A stretch of DNA of 53,312 bases from a bacterium. Lineage in GTDB: Bacteria > Fidelibacterota > UBA2242. Below the pieces are notes generated by a model, which was not told the DNA's origin, made no database searches, and saw only the letters and a program-made list of their open reading frames with translations. Shown here in pieces: positions 27,833 through 38,180 of the stretch. Position 1 is the first letter of the stretch, and each line of letters opens with the position of its first letter. Position numbers and translations under genes: made by a program. The stretch spans positions 1-53,312 of the forward strand of contig JAHJGX010000162.1 of the NCBI GenBank assembly GCA_018824205.1. Direction: 5' to 3'.

Positions 27833-27858
27833 AAATGCCGGATTTTTATCCGGCATTT
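27833..27858. terminator. Perfect 11-bp hairpin (terminator or mRNA-stabilising stem)
   Basis: AAATGCCGGAT-TTTT-ATCCGGCATTT; only a short T run follows. Confidence 0.5.
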
Positions 27859-27879
27859 TACCATTTTAAGGAGGCTTGA

Positions 27880-28134
27880 ATGCGCGAGATAGTATTATCT
27901 ATTCCAACAGTTGAACCGGAACAGAATATTGAAATTGAAGTAACGATCAACGGCAAAAAGCGGAAATTGAATTACCGGGTTGAGTTGGTTGCCTGGGAGG
28001 GGGATTCCAATAATTCCGATGACCGCATCAAAACATTACGCCATGTGATCAATGAGCATGATAAGGATTGGGATCTGGTTCAAATCGGTGTGCCTGAAAG
28101 AGATTCAATACCGATTATGTTCCGGAAAAAGTAA
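27880..28134 (+). CDS. Hypothetical protein (84 aa)
   Basis: AAGGAGG RBS; fills the gap within the exporter cluster. Confidence 0.75.
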   Translation: MREIVLSIPTVEPEQNIEIEVTINGKKRKLNYRVELVAWEGDSNNSDDRIKTLRHVINEHDKDWDLVQIGVPERDSIPIMFRKK

Positions 28135-28187
28135 ATCTTCATTTAGTTTAGCTACTCGTTGATATAAAAAAAGGAGAGGGGCTTTTC

Positions 28188-30613
28188 ATGTTGTTCAATT
28201 ATCTGAAAATTGCTGTTCGTAATCTTTTTCGAAATAAGTTTTATACACTGATTAATATTCTGGGCCTGTCTATCGGGATTGTGTGTACGCTTTTGATAAT
28301 ACTCTATGTCCGGTATGAATTTTCCTATGACAAATACCATGAAAAATATGAACGGATATATCGCCTGGATTCCGATTTCTTTATCGGCGGGAAGAAGGAT
28401 CAGTTCGCCGTAACGGCCTTACCGCTGGGGCCAACGTTGAAGGCGGAGTATCCGGAAATTGCGGAATTTTGCCGCTTCTTAAAATGGATGATCAGATATT
28501 ATTGAAATACGGGGATAAAGAATTTTTTGAAACCGGGTTATATTTGGCTGATTCCACGATATTTCGAATCTTTACTCATCCGTTTATTTATGGAGACCCA
28601 AATAAGGCTTTTACCGAACCCAATGCCATCATTATGACCGAAAATTTGGCGCGGAAATATTTTGGGGATACAAATCCGATCAATGAAATTGTCAATAATG
28701 CCGATGGTGAAGCCTATAAAGTTACCGGAGTAATCCGGGATCTTCCCGGGAATTCTCATCTGACATTTGACGGCTTGATTTCTATGGCTACGGTGGTAAA
28801 ACAATTCGGTGCGGAACGTTTTAATGATAACAGCGCCGGGCGGTTCTGGAATATTCAGGCCTATACCTATGTGTTACTGAATGAGAATACACGGATGGAA
28901 GACATTATTGAGAAATTCCCGGCGTTTTACGATAAGTACATGCGGGAAATTGGTGATAAACTGAACGGCAGCTTTAAGCTGATGGCCTCAAATATTACGG
29001 ACATTCACCTGACCTCAAAACTTCAGTATGAACTGCCGACCGGCAACATCGCCTACGTCTATATTTTCATTGCTGTTGCAATATTTATTTTACTGATTGC
29101 CTGTATTAATTATATGAACATGGCCACTGCCCGCTCGTCATCCCGGGCAAAGGAAGTCGGTATCCGTAAAACCGCCGGCGCCGATCGGTTGGCCCTGGTT
29201 CGTCAGTTTCTGGCTGAATCGGTTATTCTGGCCTTTATCGCCCTGATTATATCGGTAATCATTACACCGCTGGTGCTACCAACCTTCAATTACCTGTCCG
29301 GGCGGGATTTTTCCCTGACAGTTTTCCAGGACCCCGGATTAATTCTGTCGGTAATTGGCATTACAATTCTGACCGGAATTGTTGCGGGGAGTTATCCGGC
29401 GTTCTATTTATCTTCCTTCGAAGCGGCTGGTATATTGAAAGGGGAACTCACCCGTGGAAAAAAGAGCGGTACATTCCGAAAATTACTGGTAATTATTCAA
29501 TTTACAATTTCCGTATTTATGATCGTCGGGACATTCACGGTCTCCCGGCAGCTGCATTTCGTCAGGAATACGGATCTCGGATTTGACAAGGAAAATGTAC
29601 TGGTTGTTCAACTCCGTGATACGACATTCATTAGACATAAGCTTGAATCCTTTATGGAAGAAATCAAGCGCTATCCCGGTGTCATTGGCGCGGCCCGTTC
29701 CAACAGTATTCCCGGCGGCAATTTCGGAAAGGTTGTATTCAGGGTAGAGAATGAAGGGCAAATGGAAGAGCAGGCCCTGAATTTTATGCTTGTTGATTAT
29801 GACTATGTTGATATGATGGGATTAGAAGTTACGGAAGGCAGACAATACGACCGGGAGATGGGTACCGATATGACCGAAGCGTTCATTGTAAATGAAACCG
29901 CGGCCATGCGACTGAACTGGGGGGATTCGGCACTGGGAAAGAGGATGCAGTTTGGTATTGATATCGACGGCAGTGCTCAGCGGGACGGAAAAGTGGTCGG
30001 CCTGGTCAAAGATTTCAATTTCTGGTCCTTGCATAATCCCATTGAGCCAATGGCGCTCATCATTGCCGATCGGTTTCTAGGGCAATTGAGTATTCGTCTG
30101 ACCGCTGATAAAAAGGATGAAACGATCGATTTCATTAAAACGGAATGGGGAAAATTCGGCAATAACCGTCCATTCAACTATATCTATCTCGAGAACAAGC
30201 TGGATGAATATTATGCCGATGAGAAAAAGTTGGCCGCTATCTTCAGCTATTTTTCAATTATCACCATTTTCATTGCCTGCCTGGGTTTGCTGGGTTTATC
30301 GGCATTTATAGCTGAACGCCGTACCAAAGAGATCGGTATCCGCAAGGTCCTCGGAGCGACCGAGCGAAATGTCGTCTGGCATCTGGCCAGGGAATTCATT
30401 CTTCTGGTGGTTATTTCCAATATCATTGCGCAACCCCTGGCAATGTTTGCACTGAAGAAATGGCTGCAAAATTTCGCCTATCAGACGACTCTTAGTGTTT
30501 GGACATTTATTGCTTCATTCCTGATTTCACTGGCGATTGCCTTGCTGACGGTTAGTTTTCAGTCCGTTAAAGCGGTGCTGACGAACCCGGTCAAGGCCTT
30601 GCGATATGAATGA
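28188..30613 (+). pseudogene. MacB/FtsX-like ABC permease, split by a single-base frameshift near 28481
   Basis: NYLKIAVRNL start in ORF 28188 continues in ORF 28469 (ACINYMN, KEVGIRK, RRTKEIGIRKVLGA, NPVKALRYE). One extra A in TTAAAATGG would restore CRFLKMDDQ. Confidence 0.85.
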
Positions 30614-30644
30614 AGCCCCGACATAATTTTTTATTGATTAATGG

Positions 30645-31361
30645 ATGGTAAAGCGATTGGGTGGAACAATGGTTTATTACACTTTTGAAGAATTCAACGG
30701 ATTTTCGCGGGAGACCTTTGAGTTTCTGAAGAACTTAGGTAAAAATAACTCCAAGCCCTGGTTTGAAAAACATCGGGATGTATATGATACTTCTGTTCTA
30801 AAACCTCTGCGTCAACTGGTGATGGAACTGGGTGATTTTATGTTGACTATTGACGCTGGCTTTGAAACTCAACCCGCTGTCAACAAGACGATTTCACGAA
30901 TCTACAGGGATACCCGGTTCAGCAAGGATAAATCGCTGTTTCGGACCAACATGTGGATCGTTTTTAAAAATCCCGATCGCAACTGGAAATCCAAGCCGGG
31001 CTATTTCTTTGAAATTTACCCTGACTCGTACCGCTATGGTATGGGATTTTATTCACCATCTTCTGGTACAATGGCGAAGCTGAGAGCAAAGATCGATGCT
31101 GAATCTCCGGACGTAATGCAAGTCATCCAACTAGTCAAAGATCAGAATATTTTCGAATTAGCCGGCGACAAATATAAACGTATTTTCGATCCCGGAAAAC
31201 CGCCTGAAATTCAGGAATGGTATCAGCGGAAAGATCTCTACCTGGTCTGTAATCGGCCGGTGGATGATCTGCTCTTTTCGAACGACCTGGTGAATGTATT
31301 GATAAAGGATTTTCAATTAATCGCGCCGGTGTATCAGCTGTTAAGGAATATCTCGAAATAG
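30645..31361 (+). CDS. DUF2461-like protein
   Basis: FEFLKNLGKNNSKPWF and RIYRDTRFSKDKS motifs. Confidence 0.85.
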   Translation: MVKRLGGTMVYYTFEEFNGFSRETFEFLKNLGKNNSKPWFEKHRDVYDTSVLKPLRQLVMELGDFMLTIDAGFETQPAVNKTISRIYRDTRFSKDKSLFRTNMWIVFKNPDRNWKSKPGYFFEIYPDSYRYGMGFYSPSSGTMAKLRAKIDAESPDVMQVIQLVKDQNIFELAGDKYKRIFDPGKPPEIQEWYQRKDLYLVCNRPVDDLLFSNDLVNVLIKDFQLIAPVYQLLRNISK

Positions 31362-31370
31362 TAAAAAAAA

Positions 31371-31655
31371 ATGAAGATTCCAATAATAACCGACAGACTG
31401 GTATTACGTCATTTTAACAAAAGTGATGCAACCGCGCTGTTTGCTTTGGAAGCAGTAAAGATGTTAATCGATTATTTAAACCGAAAGTATAATATCACTC
31501 AATTCAATGCGGTCACTGATTCGGAAAACCTGCCAGCTCACCGCTTATTGAAACGATTAAGATTTCATCAGAAAGAATATGTCCGGGAAAGTATCTTTGT
31601 TAAAGGCTGCTGGAACAATGAAATTCACTGGGCAATCAAAAAAAATAGTCTCTAA
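31371..31655 (+). pseudogene. RimJ/RimL-type GNAT with in-frame internal deletion
   Basis: TDRLVLRHF N-terminus joined directly to EAV...ENLPAHRLLKRLRF C-terminus; only 94 aa. Confidence 0.65.
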
Positions 31656-31735
31656 TTTCTGAAATGTCTTTTTTAGGAAGATAGAAATTGTTCCGACGCG
31701 GAGCATTGAAAAGAGAGTATGAAAGCCAAAATATT

Positions 31736-32602
31736 TTATTCTGTGATCTTCGTGTCTGCACCGTGTGTCTCCGTGTTGAAATTAAACTGAATCACACCGA
31801 TCAAATCCACATCCAGCAGACCGACGAAACTGACCTTTAGAATACCGGCAACAGGAATGAGATGAGTGTCCGTTTCCAGCCCCACAAGATGGACTCCGTG
31901 CAGGCGCACTCGTTCCTCGCCTTCGTGGACATCCCATTTTAGATTGTAAATACTGTATAGATTTGATTGAACCGGGGACTTTTCCAGACGAATCGGATAG
32001 GTTTCCGCCAGAAAGAGAACTTCGCGGATTTCTGAAAATTGTCGCCGATAGAGCAAACGGGTAAATTCGATCAGGTTCAGTGCATTGGTTTTTAAACCCT
32101 TTTGGAAAATTGCCTGTTTCAACTCACGGGGTGCTTCGGCATTATAAGCAAGAAATGTCCAGACATTATCACTATTTACATAAATGTATTTTTCCGGTTT
32201 CTGACTGACGACCTCATCCACAAAGACCGAGTCGTTTAACCAGTAGCTCAGGTATCGAGTATCCCATTTCTCAAATGGCGGATCGTAGGTAATAGAAAAG
32301 GAATCCCGGTCGCTGATGATGACTTCACCCAGTTCCAGCCGTCCGATTCGCAGATTAAAGAATCGGATATCCGCTGTTAGTGTATAACGCTTGTTGAATT
32401 CCCGATTGTTGTCTGAATACTGTTTAATCAATGTTTGACGCACTTTAGGATTAAGCTTATCGAGCTTCCCAAGTAAGCTAGAATCAGGATTATCTAGCGC
32501 AAAAACCGTAACTATTGAAATGATTAAAAACAGTATAAACTTAGCCGGAAACTCTTTAAATGTGATGATTTGATTGATTTCAGTTTTCACAATAAATATC
32601 AT
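31736..32602 (-). CDS. Hypothetical exported protein
   Basis: 288-aa ORF with hydrophobic signal-like segment; no recognised family. Confidence 0.65.
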   Translation of the reverse strand: MIFIVKTEINQIITFKEFPAKFILFLIISIVTVFALDNPDSSLLGKLDKLNPKVRQTLIKQYSDNNREFNKRYTLTADIRFFNLRIGRLELGEVIISDRDSFSITYDPPFEKWDTRYLSYWLNDSVFVDEVVSQKPEKYIYVNSDNVWTFLAYNAEAPRELKQAIFQKGLKTNALNLIEFTRLLYRRQFSEIREVLFLAETYPIRLEKSPVQSNLYSIYNLKWDVHEGEERVRLHGVHLVGLETDTHLIPVAGILKVSFVGLLDVDLIGVIQFNFNTETHGADTKITE

Positions 32603-32670
32603 TAGTCAGTGTTTATCTGTGTCAATCTGTAGCAATAAAATCTCTGTGTGCTCTGTGTCTCTGTGGCATA

Positions 32671-33381
32671 TTAAAGCAGAAAACTCAGATCATCACCGGG
32701 CAGATATTCCACTGCCTCTTTACCGGCTTCCATCAGGCGCGCTCCCGTTGTTCCTTTCAGAATCATCCGATTGTCAGTCACATGCAGTATGGCGCCTTCC
32801 CTCAGACCGATTACAGGAACGTCATTGAATGCATGAAATTCCTTAATGCGGGTTTCCCGGGTTTCACCCATGTGCTTGGAATCTGGATCGGGATCGAGGT
32901 AGTGGGGATTAAGATTGAAAGGTACCAGCTTCAGCGCTTCAAACGAGGGCGGATACATGATCGGCATATCGTTGGTGGTCATGATACTATGGGTGGCGGC
33001 ATTAGACCCGGCGCTGGTTCCGATATAGGGTTTGCCCTTGGCAACCTCATCACGGATAGTTTCAATCAGATCACTCTGATATAAACCGGTCAGCAGGACA
33101 AAGGTATTCCCACCGCCAATAAATATCGCGTCGGCATTGTGAATGGCGGCTTTCATATTGCCGGTTTCATGGACACCGGATAAATCATAACCCATTATTG
33201 CAAAACGATCCCAGGCAATTTTTGTATAGTCATCATGACTGCGTCCACCGGGCCGGGCGAAGGGCACAAATGCCACTGTTTTCCGGTCACCCAGAAATTC
33301 TTTGATGTTATCGGCGCAGTGATCGAGATAAGCGCTACCGTGCAGGGTGGAATTGCTGATGAGCAGAAGATTGCGGATCAT
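32671..33381 (-). CDS. pepE: Dipeptidase E (peptidase S51)
   Basis: LLLISNST, IFIGGGNTF, GTSAG, TTNDMPI, NPHY, HMGETRETRIKEF; ATG 33381 with GAGG RBS. Confidence 0.93.
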   Translation of the reverse strand: MIRNLLLISNSTLHGSAYLDHCADNIKEFLGDRKTVAFVPFARPGGRSHDDYTKIAWDRFAIMGYDLSGVHETGNMKAAIHNADAIFIGGGNTFVLLTGLYQSDLIETIRDEVAKGKPYIGTSAGSNAATHSIMTTNDMPIMYPPSFEALKLVPFNLNPHYLDPDPDSKHMGETRETRIKEFHAFNDVPVIGLREGAILHVTDNRMILKGTTGARLMEAGKEAVEYLPGDDLSFLL

Positions 33382-33574
33382 AATATAGTCCTCTCGGTTA
33401 AAAAACTGTCGCTTCAAATATAATTCTATCGATTGGGAATGCAAACAGGAGAATGTCTAAATGAAAAACATGCAATAAACATAATATATGAGAATATTTC
33501 GTAAATATACTTGATAACACTTGGTGTATGTTGTATATTACAATCGTGAACGAGAAATAAACGAAGGAATAAAG

Positions 33575-34849
33575 ATGTTAATTCAATTTAGTGTTGAGAA
33601 TTTTAAATCCTTTAAGGAAGAAGCCGTTCTGAGCATGGTTGCATCATCAATCAGTGAGAACAAAGAACATGTTATCAACGATGCAAATCCAAAATTACTC
33701 AGAAGTGCGGTCGTATTTGGAGCTAATGCTTCAGGGAAAAGTAATCTGATTCACGCTTTTCAATTTATGCGGAATTTTATTCTATCTTCTTCGAAGGAAA
33801 CGCAGGTAAATGATCAGATTCCTTATAACCCTTTCCGGCTGAATACGGAAACTGAAAATCAACCCTCTATGTTTGAAATTATTTTCCTGCATCAAGGCAT
33901 TCGATATCGTTACGGGTTCTCTATTGATGACAGGCAGGTTCACGCCGAGTGGCTGTATTATGTCAAAAATGTCCGGGAGCTGGAAGTCTTTACACGGGAT
34001 CACCAGACATTTCACCTGACGTCTCATTTTAATAGCGAAGAACAGTTGGTCAAAGCCAAACGGATTCGTCCTAATGCCCTTTTCCTGTCAGTATCGGCCC
34101 AGTTCAACGGAAAAATGGCTACTAATATTTTTAAATGGATAAAATATTTTAATATTATTTCTGGCATTCAGATGGGGAGTTTTAAACCTTTTACGGTTCA
34201 TTATTCAAAGGATGATATCTGTAGAAAATCCATTCTAAAATTTTTAAAAAATGCCGATATGAACATTCAGGATATAAAAATCAATGAGGTAGAAGTAGAT
34301 AAGGTAGCACTGCCTCCTGGGAAAAGTATCCTTTTTAAAACGACTGGAGAAAAGACTGTGGAAATTGATGTTGGCACATTTCATAAGAAATATGATAAAA
34401 CCGGTTATACCGTTGGATTAGAAACATTTTCTATGGACGATGATGAATCAGCCGGAACGCAAAAATTCTTTGCTTTAAGTGGTCCGATTCTGGATACGCT
34501 TGAAAATGGAAAGGTCCTTGTTATTGATGAACTGGATTCCCGACTGCATCCGCGAATGTTACTGGCCATCTGCGCTATGTTTAATTCAAAGAAGCGAAAT
34601 CCACATAATGCTCAGCTGATTTTTGCTTCTCACAATACCAGGATACTTGACAATAAACTGTTTCGCCGGGATCAAATCTGGTTTTTGGAAAAGAATAAAC
34701 AGGAAGAGAGTCAATTGTACTCATTGGTGGAATTTGAAGTGGACGGTAAGAAAATCCGTAAAGATGCTTCGTATGAAAAAGATTATCTCCGGGGGCTGTA
34801 CGGGGCGGTTCCCATGGTCCGGGAACTGGATGGCGGTTATGGGGAGTGA
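33575..34849 (+). CDS. RloA-like AAA_21 ATPase (abortive infection / type IV TA associated)
   Basis: MLIQFSVENFKSF, GANASGKSN, ESAGT, DELDSRLHP, QLIFASH, RRDQIWF, YLRGLYGAVP. Confidence 0.88.
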   Translation: MLIQFSVENFKSFKEEAVLSMVASSISENKEHVINDANPKLLRSAVVFGANASGKSNLIHAFQFMRNFILSSSKETQVNDQIPYNPFRLNTETENQPSMFEIIFLHQGIRYRYGFSIDDRQVHAEWLYYVKNVRELEVFTRDHQTFHLTSHFNSEEQLVKAKRIRPNALFLSVSAQFNGKMATNIFKWIKYFNIISGIQMGSFKPFTVHYSKDDICRKSILKFLKNADMNIQDIKINEVEVDKVALPPGKSILFKTTGEKTVEIDVGTFHKKYDKTGYTVGLETFSMDDDESAGTQKFFALSGPILDTLENGKVLVIDELDSRLHPRMLLAICAMFNSKKRNPHNAQLIFASHNTRILDNKLFRRDQIWFLEKNKQEESQLYSLVEFEVDGKKIRKDASYEKDYLRGLYGAVPMVRELDGGYGE

Positions 34850-35471
34850 CGATCTTTTTAAAAAGCGAAAACTTAGGGCGTTGCAATCAAGGCAACGTCG
34901 GGAATTAACTCGATCGGGAAAGGAAAATATCCTGATTGTGTGTGAGGGTAAAACCGAGAGATTATACTTTGATTCATTTCCTCTAAAAACTGCGAATGTA
35001 ACACCAATTGGAACCGGTCGCAGCACAAAATCCCTTATTACGAAGGCAAGGGCGGAACAGAATGCTGCACATAGAAAAGAGGAAGATTTCGACCAGGTTT
35101 GGTGTGTCTTCGATCAGGATTGTTTTGGGAAAGAGAAATTTAATACAGCCATTCAGATGGCGGAATCCAGTCATTTTAAAACAGTCTGGTCAAATGAGTG
35201 TTTTGAGCTCTGGTTCGTTCTTCATTTTCAACCGATGACAGCCGGATTAACAAGAGATCAATATTGTGACCTTTTAGATTGGTTACTTGGAGAAACATAC
35301 GAAAAAACCGATTCCACCATGTATAGAAAGTTATCGAATCGGCAAAATGTAGCAATAAGAAATGCCCAAAGACTGTATTCATCTTATACGCCAGACATCA
35401 ATCCCGCCGATCGGAATCCCTGTTCGACAGTATACCGTTTAGTAGAAGAGCTGAAAAAGTTTTGTCAATAG
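34839..35471 (+). CDS. RloB-like protein
   Basis: LIVCEGKTERLYF, VWCVFDQD, SNECFELWFVLHF, NPCSTVYRLV; overlaps the ATPase stop. Confidence 0.88.
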   Translation: MGSDDLFKKRKLRALQSRQRRELTRSGKENILIVCEGKTERLYFDSFPLKTANVTPIGTGRSTKSLITKARAEQNAAHRKEEDFDQVWCVFDQDCFGKEKFNTAIQMAESSHFKTVWSNECFELWFVLHFQPMTAGLTRDQYCDLLDWLLGETYEKTDSTMYRKLSNRQNVAIRNAQRLYSSYTPDINPADRNPCSTVYRLVEELKKFCQ

Positions 35472-35572
35472 TATCTTCTTAATAAGTGAACAGTGAAATA
35501 CTGATAAATAGCGTTACGAATATGATTCAAAAATGATTACCGGTTCATTTTTTTGCAATAATAGCCGCTATA

Positions 35573-36511
35573 TTATTGATCGAGACCAACCTTCAGAATC
35601 TTTACGTCATTTAATTGATCTATCGGAAACAGATTTCCGTCCCGGTCAATCTTAGCCAGCTGCGCATTGGCAATATAGTAAAATTCATTACCGGCAATGG
35701 CGCCGGTTGTAGGCGTTTCAAATTCAGGATTATAGGATTCCAGAACCTCGATACTTACAACTTCATTCATGTTTTCATTCAGATGGAAACGCACAACCCT
35801 GGAAAGAAATCCCAGGATACCTGTTAAGCTGTTCTTGAAAAAATATAAACCGTCGCATCCGCCTGTGAAAATATCTTCCGAATGCTTCAGATATTTTGTT
35901 GATCTATCATGAATGTTAACGATAATTATTCCGTCTCTGACAGCAACATAAAGGAAGTTTTCATTTTCACTCAATGCAATCCCATTAGGGTATGAACCGT
36001 CGGGTAACGTCACATACTTTTTAATTACATTTTCAACATGATCGATCCGATAAACTGCCGGGACATGGCTATCCGTGATAAACGCATCTTTGTCACTGTT
36101 TAAAACAACATCGTTGAAAAAATGGTTTTCTTCCTTCGCCACGGAATAACGGTCAACCAGTTCTCCGGTTTGAAGATTGTACTTTACCATCTCACAAGTG
36201 CCAAGTTCTTCAGAGGGAATATTATCTTTTTTATACCCGTAACTGCTGCTGGCCCACAAGAATCTTCCATCGGTGTCAACTTTCATTCCCACAACCGAGA
36301 CTGTACTATCCTGGCGGGAGGATGTAAAGTCAGTAACCTCACCGTCGCGGGTTATCTTTACAATTTTTGATTTGTACAGAATACCGATATAGAAACAATC
36401 TTCCCCGGCGTCATAGGCCGGTCCTTCGGGTATCAAATCTTTTTCAGGGGTCACAAAGGCCAAGCTGATCTGTTTTGCCGGTTGCCTGGCGGCATTTAGT
36501 TTGTCAACCAA
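35573..36511 (-). CDS. SMP-30/gluconolactonase-like beta-propeller protein, probably 5'-truncated
   Basis: PEG, FFNDV, YPNGIAL, CDGLY, PTTGA blade motifs; no signal peptide or good start. Confidence 0.7.
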   Translation of the reverse strand: MVDKLNAARQPAKQISLAFVTPEKDLIPEGPAYDAGEDCFYIGILYKSKIVKITRDGEVTDFTSSRQDSTVSVVGMKVDTDGRFLWASSSYGYKKDNIPSEELGTCEMVKYNLQTGELVDRYSVAKEENHFFNDVVLNSDKDAFITDSHVPAVYRIDHVENVIKKYVTLPDGSYPNGIALSENENFLYVAVRDGIIIVNIHDRSTKYLKHSEDIFTGGCDGLYFFKNSLTGILGFLSRVVRFHLNENMNEVVSIEVLESYNPEFETPTTGAIAGNEFYYIANAQLAKIDRDGNLFPIDQLNDVKILKVGLDQ

Positions 36512-36724
36512 TTCAGCGTAGCGCTTATCCTTTCGGATCCGGAAAACAATAAATACAAAACTGGCTACATTGCCAGATATTGATTTAAATGGAAAATTGG
36601 AAAGTTGGGAGCAATTCTAAAACTTTAATCGATCCCCCACAGTGCTTTTGATGGTAAAACTCCCTAAGAGGTTTTGAAATGGATTTTAAATAACCGTTAT
36701 TCCGTCTCGCATAGTCTGAAGTGC

Positions 36725-37615
36725 CTACAATTTTGTTAGCATTTCAACGAATTTTATTACGCCTCTATCATTCAAATGGTCTTGATCGAAAAAATAGTCA
36801 TCATGATCGATAAAGACCTGTTTCAAATCAAACAGCGAAACATTTTGTTCCAATAACAGGTTGTCTGCGCCGTAATTCATGTCTCCAATGCAATTGATAT
36901 AATCTTTTGATAAGGGGAATTTAATCCCGATTACAACGGTGCCATTTTGTCGGCATAAATCGACAATTTCGATTAAACAATCGGATAATTGCCCCGAAAC
37001 TTTATTGGAAGAAAATTGATCCGTTTTACGTTGCCGGCAGGCCATTTCTTTATCAGGATAATCAGCCCAGCTCTGGTAGTTATTTTCTGAAGTGTACTTA
37101 GACGGAATCAAGCGACTGGCCAGGTACCGGACAAAGATCTGGGAATTGCTTATCTCAAACAACGGGAGATACCGTCGTATATATTTATCGGGATAGTACA
37201 GCAGCTTATTTCTGCGATAATACCGTCGATAGGTATTTTTATCAGCATAAATAACGGAGCGGTGTTTATTGTTCAGTGTTTCCCGGTAAAGTGACAGAGT
37301 ATGGTCATCGGCCGTAATAAAAACGGTGTCGATATGAACTCCTTGATTATACAGGCAGTTTAATTTTGAAAAAATGTCGATGTAGGAGTCACTCCCATAG
37401 GAAAAATTGTGAATTCCATAGTTATTCAGATAGTTTTGATGAATTACCCAAACGTGGGAATCTCCGAACAGAAATTTCGAGTAGTGTGCCAAAGTATTTA
37501 AAGGGACTTTATAGTATTTGTAAAACACAGGATAGGTAAAAACCAGAAACATCACTGTATTTATGAAAATCAGGCCGATGAGAAAGAGGATGAGTTTATT
37601 AATAAGTGGTTTCAT
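36725..37615 (-). CDS. Membrane-anchored SGNH-hydrolase-like protein
   Basis: N-terminal TM, FGDSH, C-terminal FFDQDHLN (DxxH). Confidence 0.65.
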   Translation of the reverse strand: MKPLINKLILFLIGLIFINTVMFLVFTYPVFYKYYKVPLNTLAHYSKFLFGDSHVWVIHQNYLNNYGIHNFSYGSDSYIDIFSKLNCLYNQGVHIDTVFITADDHTLSLYRETLNNKHRSVIYADKNTYRRYYRRNKLLYYPDKYIRRYLPLFEISNSQIFVRYLASRLIPSKYTSENNYQSWADYPDKEMACRQRKTDQFSSNKVSGQLSDCLIEIVDLCRQNGTVVIGIKFPLSKDYINCIGDMNYGADNLLLEQNVSLFDLKQVFIDHDDYFFDQDHLNDRGVIKFVEMLTKL

Positions 37616-37790
37616 TGATTCCGAAATTCACGCATTTAATGGTTAAAAATATCAAATTAATGCCATATCCCGACTATAAAGTTGAAATTAGTGTAAATAA
37701 ATCTCAGGTCATAAGCAACTATTTTTAAAGTTTGTCAGTCTAAATAAATGTTCTCTGAATAAATCGAAACTAATAAATAAGAGGTCCGCC

Positions 37791-38006
37791 ATGTCACTCC
37801 AGGAAATACTTCAAAAAATCGTTGAAAACAATTATCCGATCCTGCTTGCCGACAGTGAAAATGAATGGGAAGCAAATGCGCTTCTGACGACACTGTCAGT
37901 ACCGGCTTTAAAACGGAACGCTCATATGCAATCCGGCCTTTACATCGCCGAAGTCAATGAGGGCGGTTTCCTGGGCCGGGTTCTTTATAAAATAAAAAGA
38001 AAATAG
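37791..38006 (+). CDS. Hypothetical protein (71 aa)
   Basis: GAGG RBS; isolated ORF. Confidence 0.65.
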   Translation: MSLQEILQKIVENNYPILLADSENEWEANALLTTLSVPALKRNAHMQSGLYIAEVNEGGFLGRVLYKIKRK

Positions 38007-38180
38007 CGTACCGCTTCTCTTACTGCATTTTTGGATATAACCCCCTAAATCATTTATTATTTCCAATATTTCCGCTCATTTTGTTTTCAGTTGAGATTTG
38101 CCGATTAATACTCTATATTTACGCTTCAATTAGGGGCAAGTTAGGAAATACCATGCAGATTGGGGAAATAGTTAAGATTT

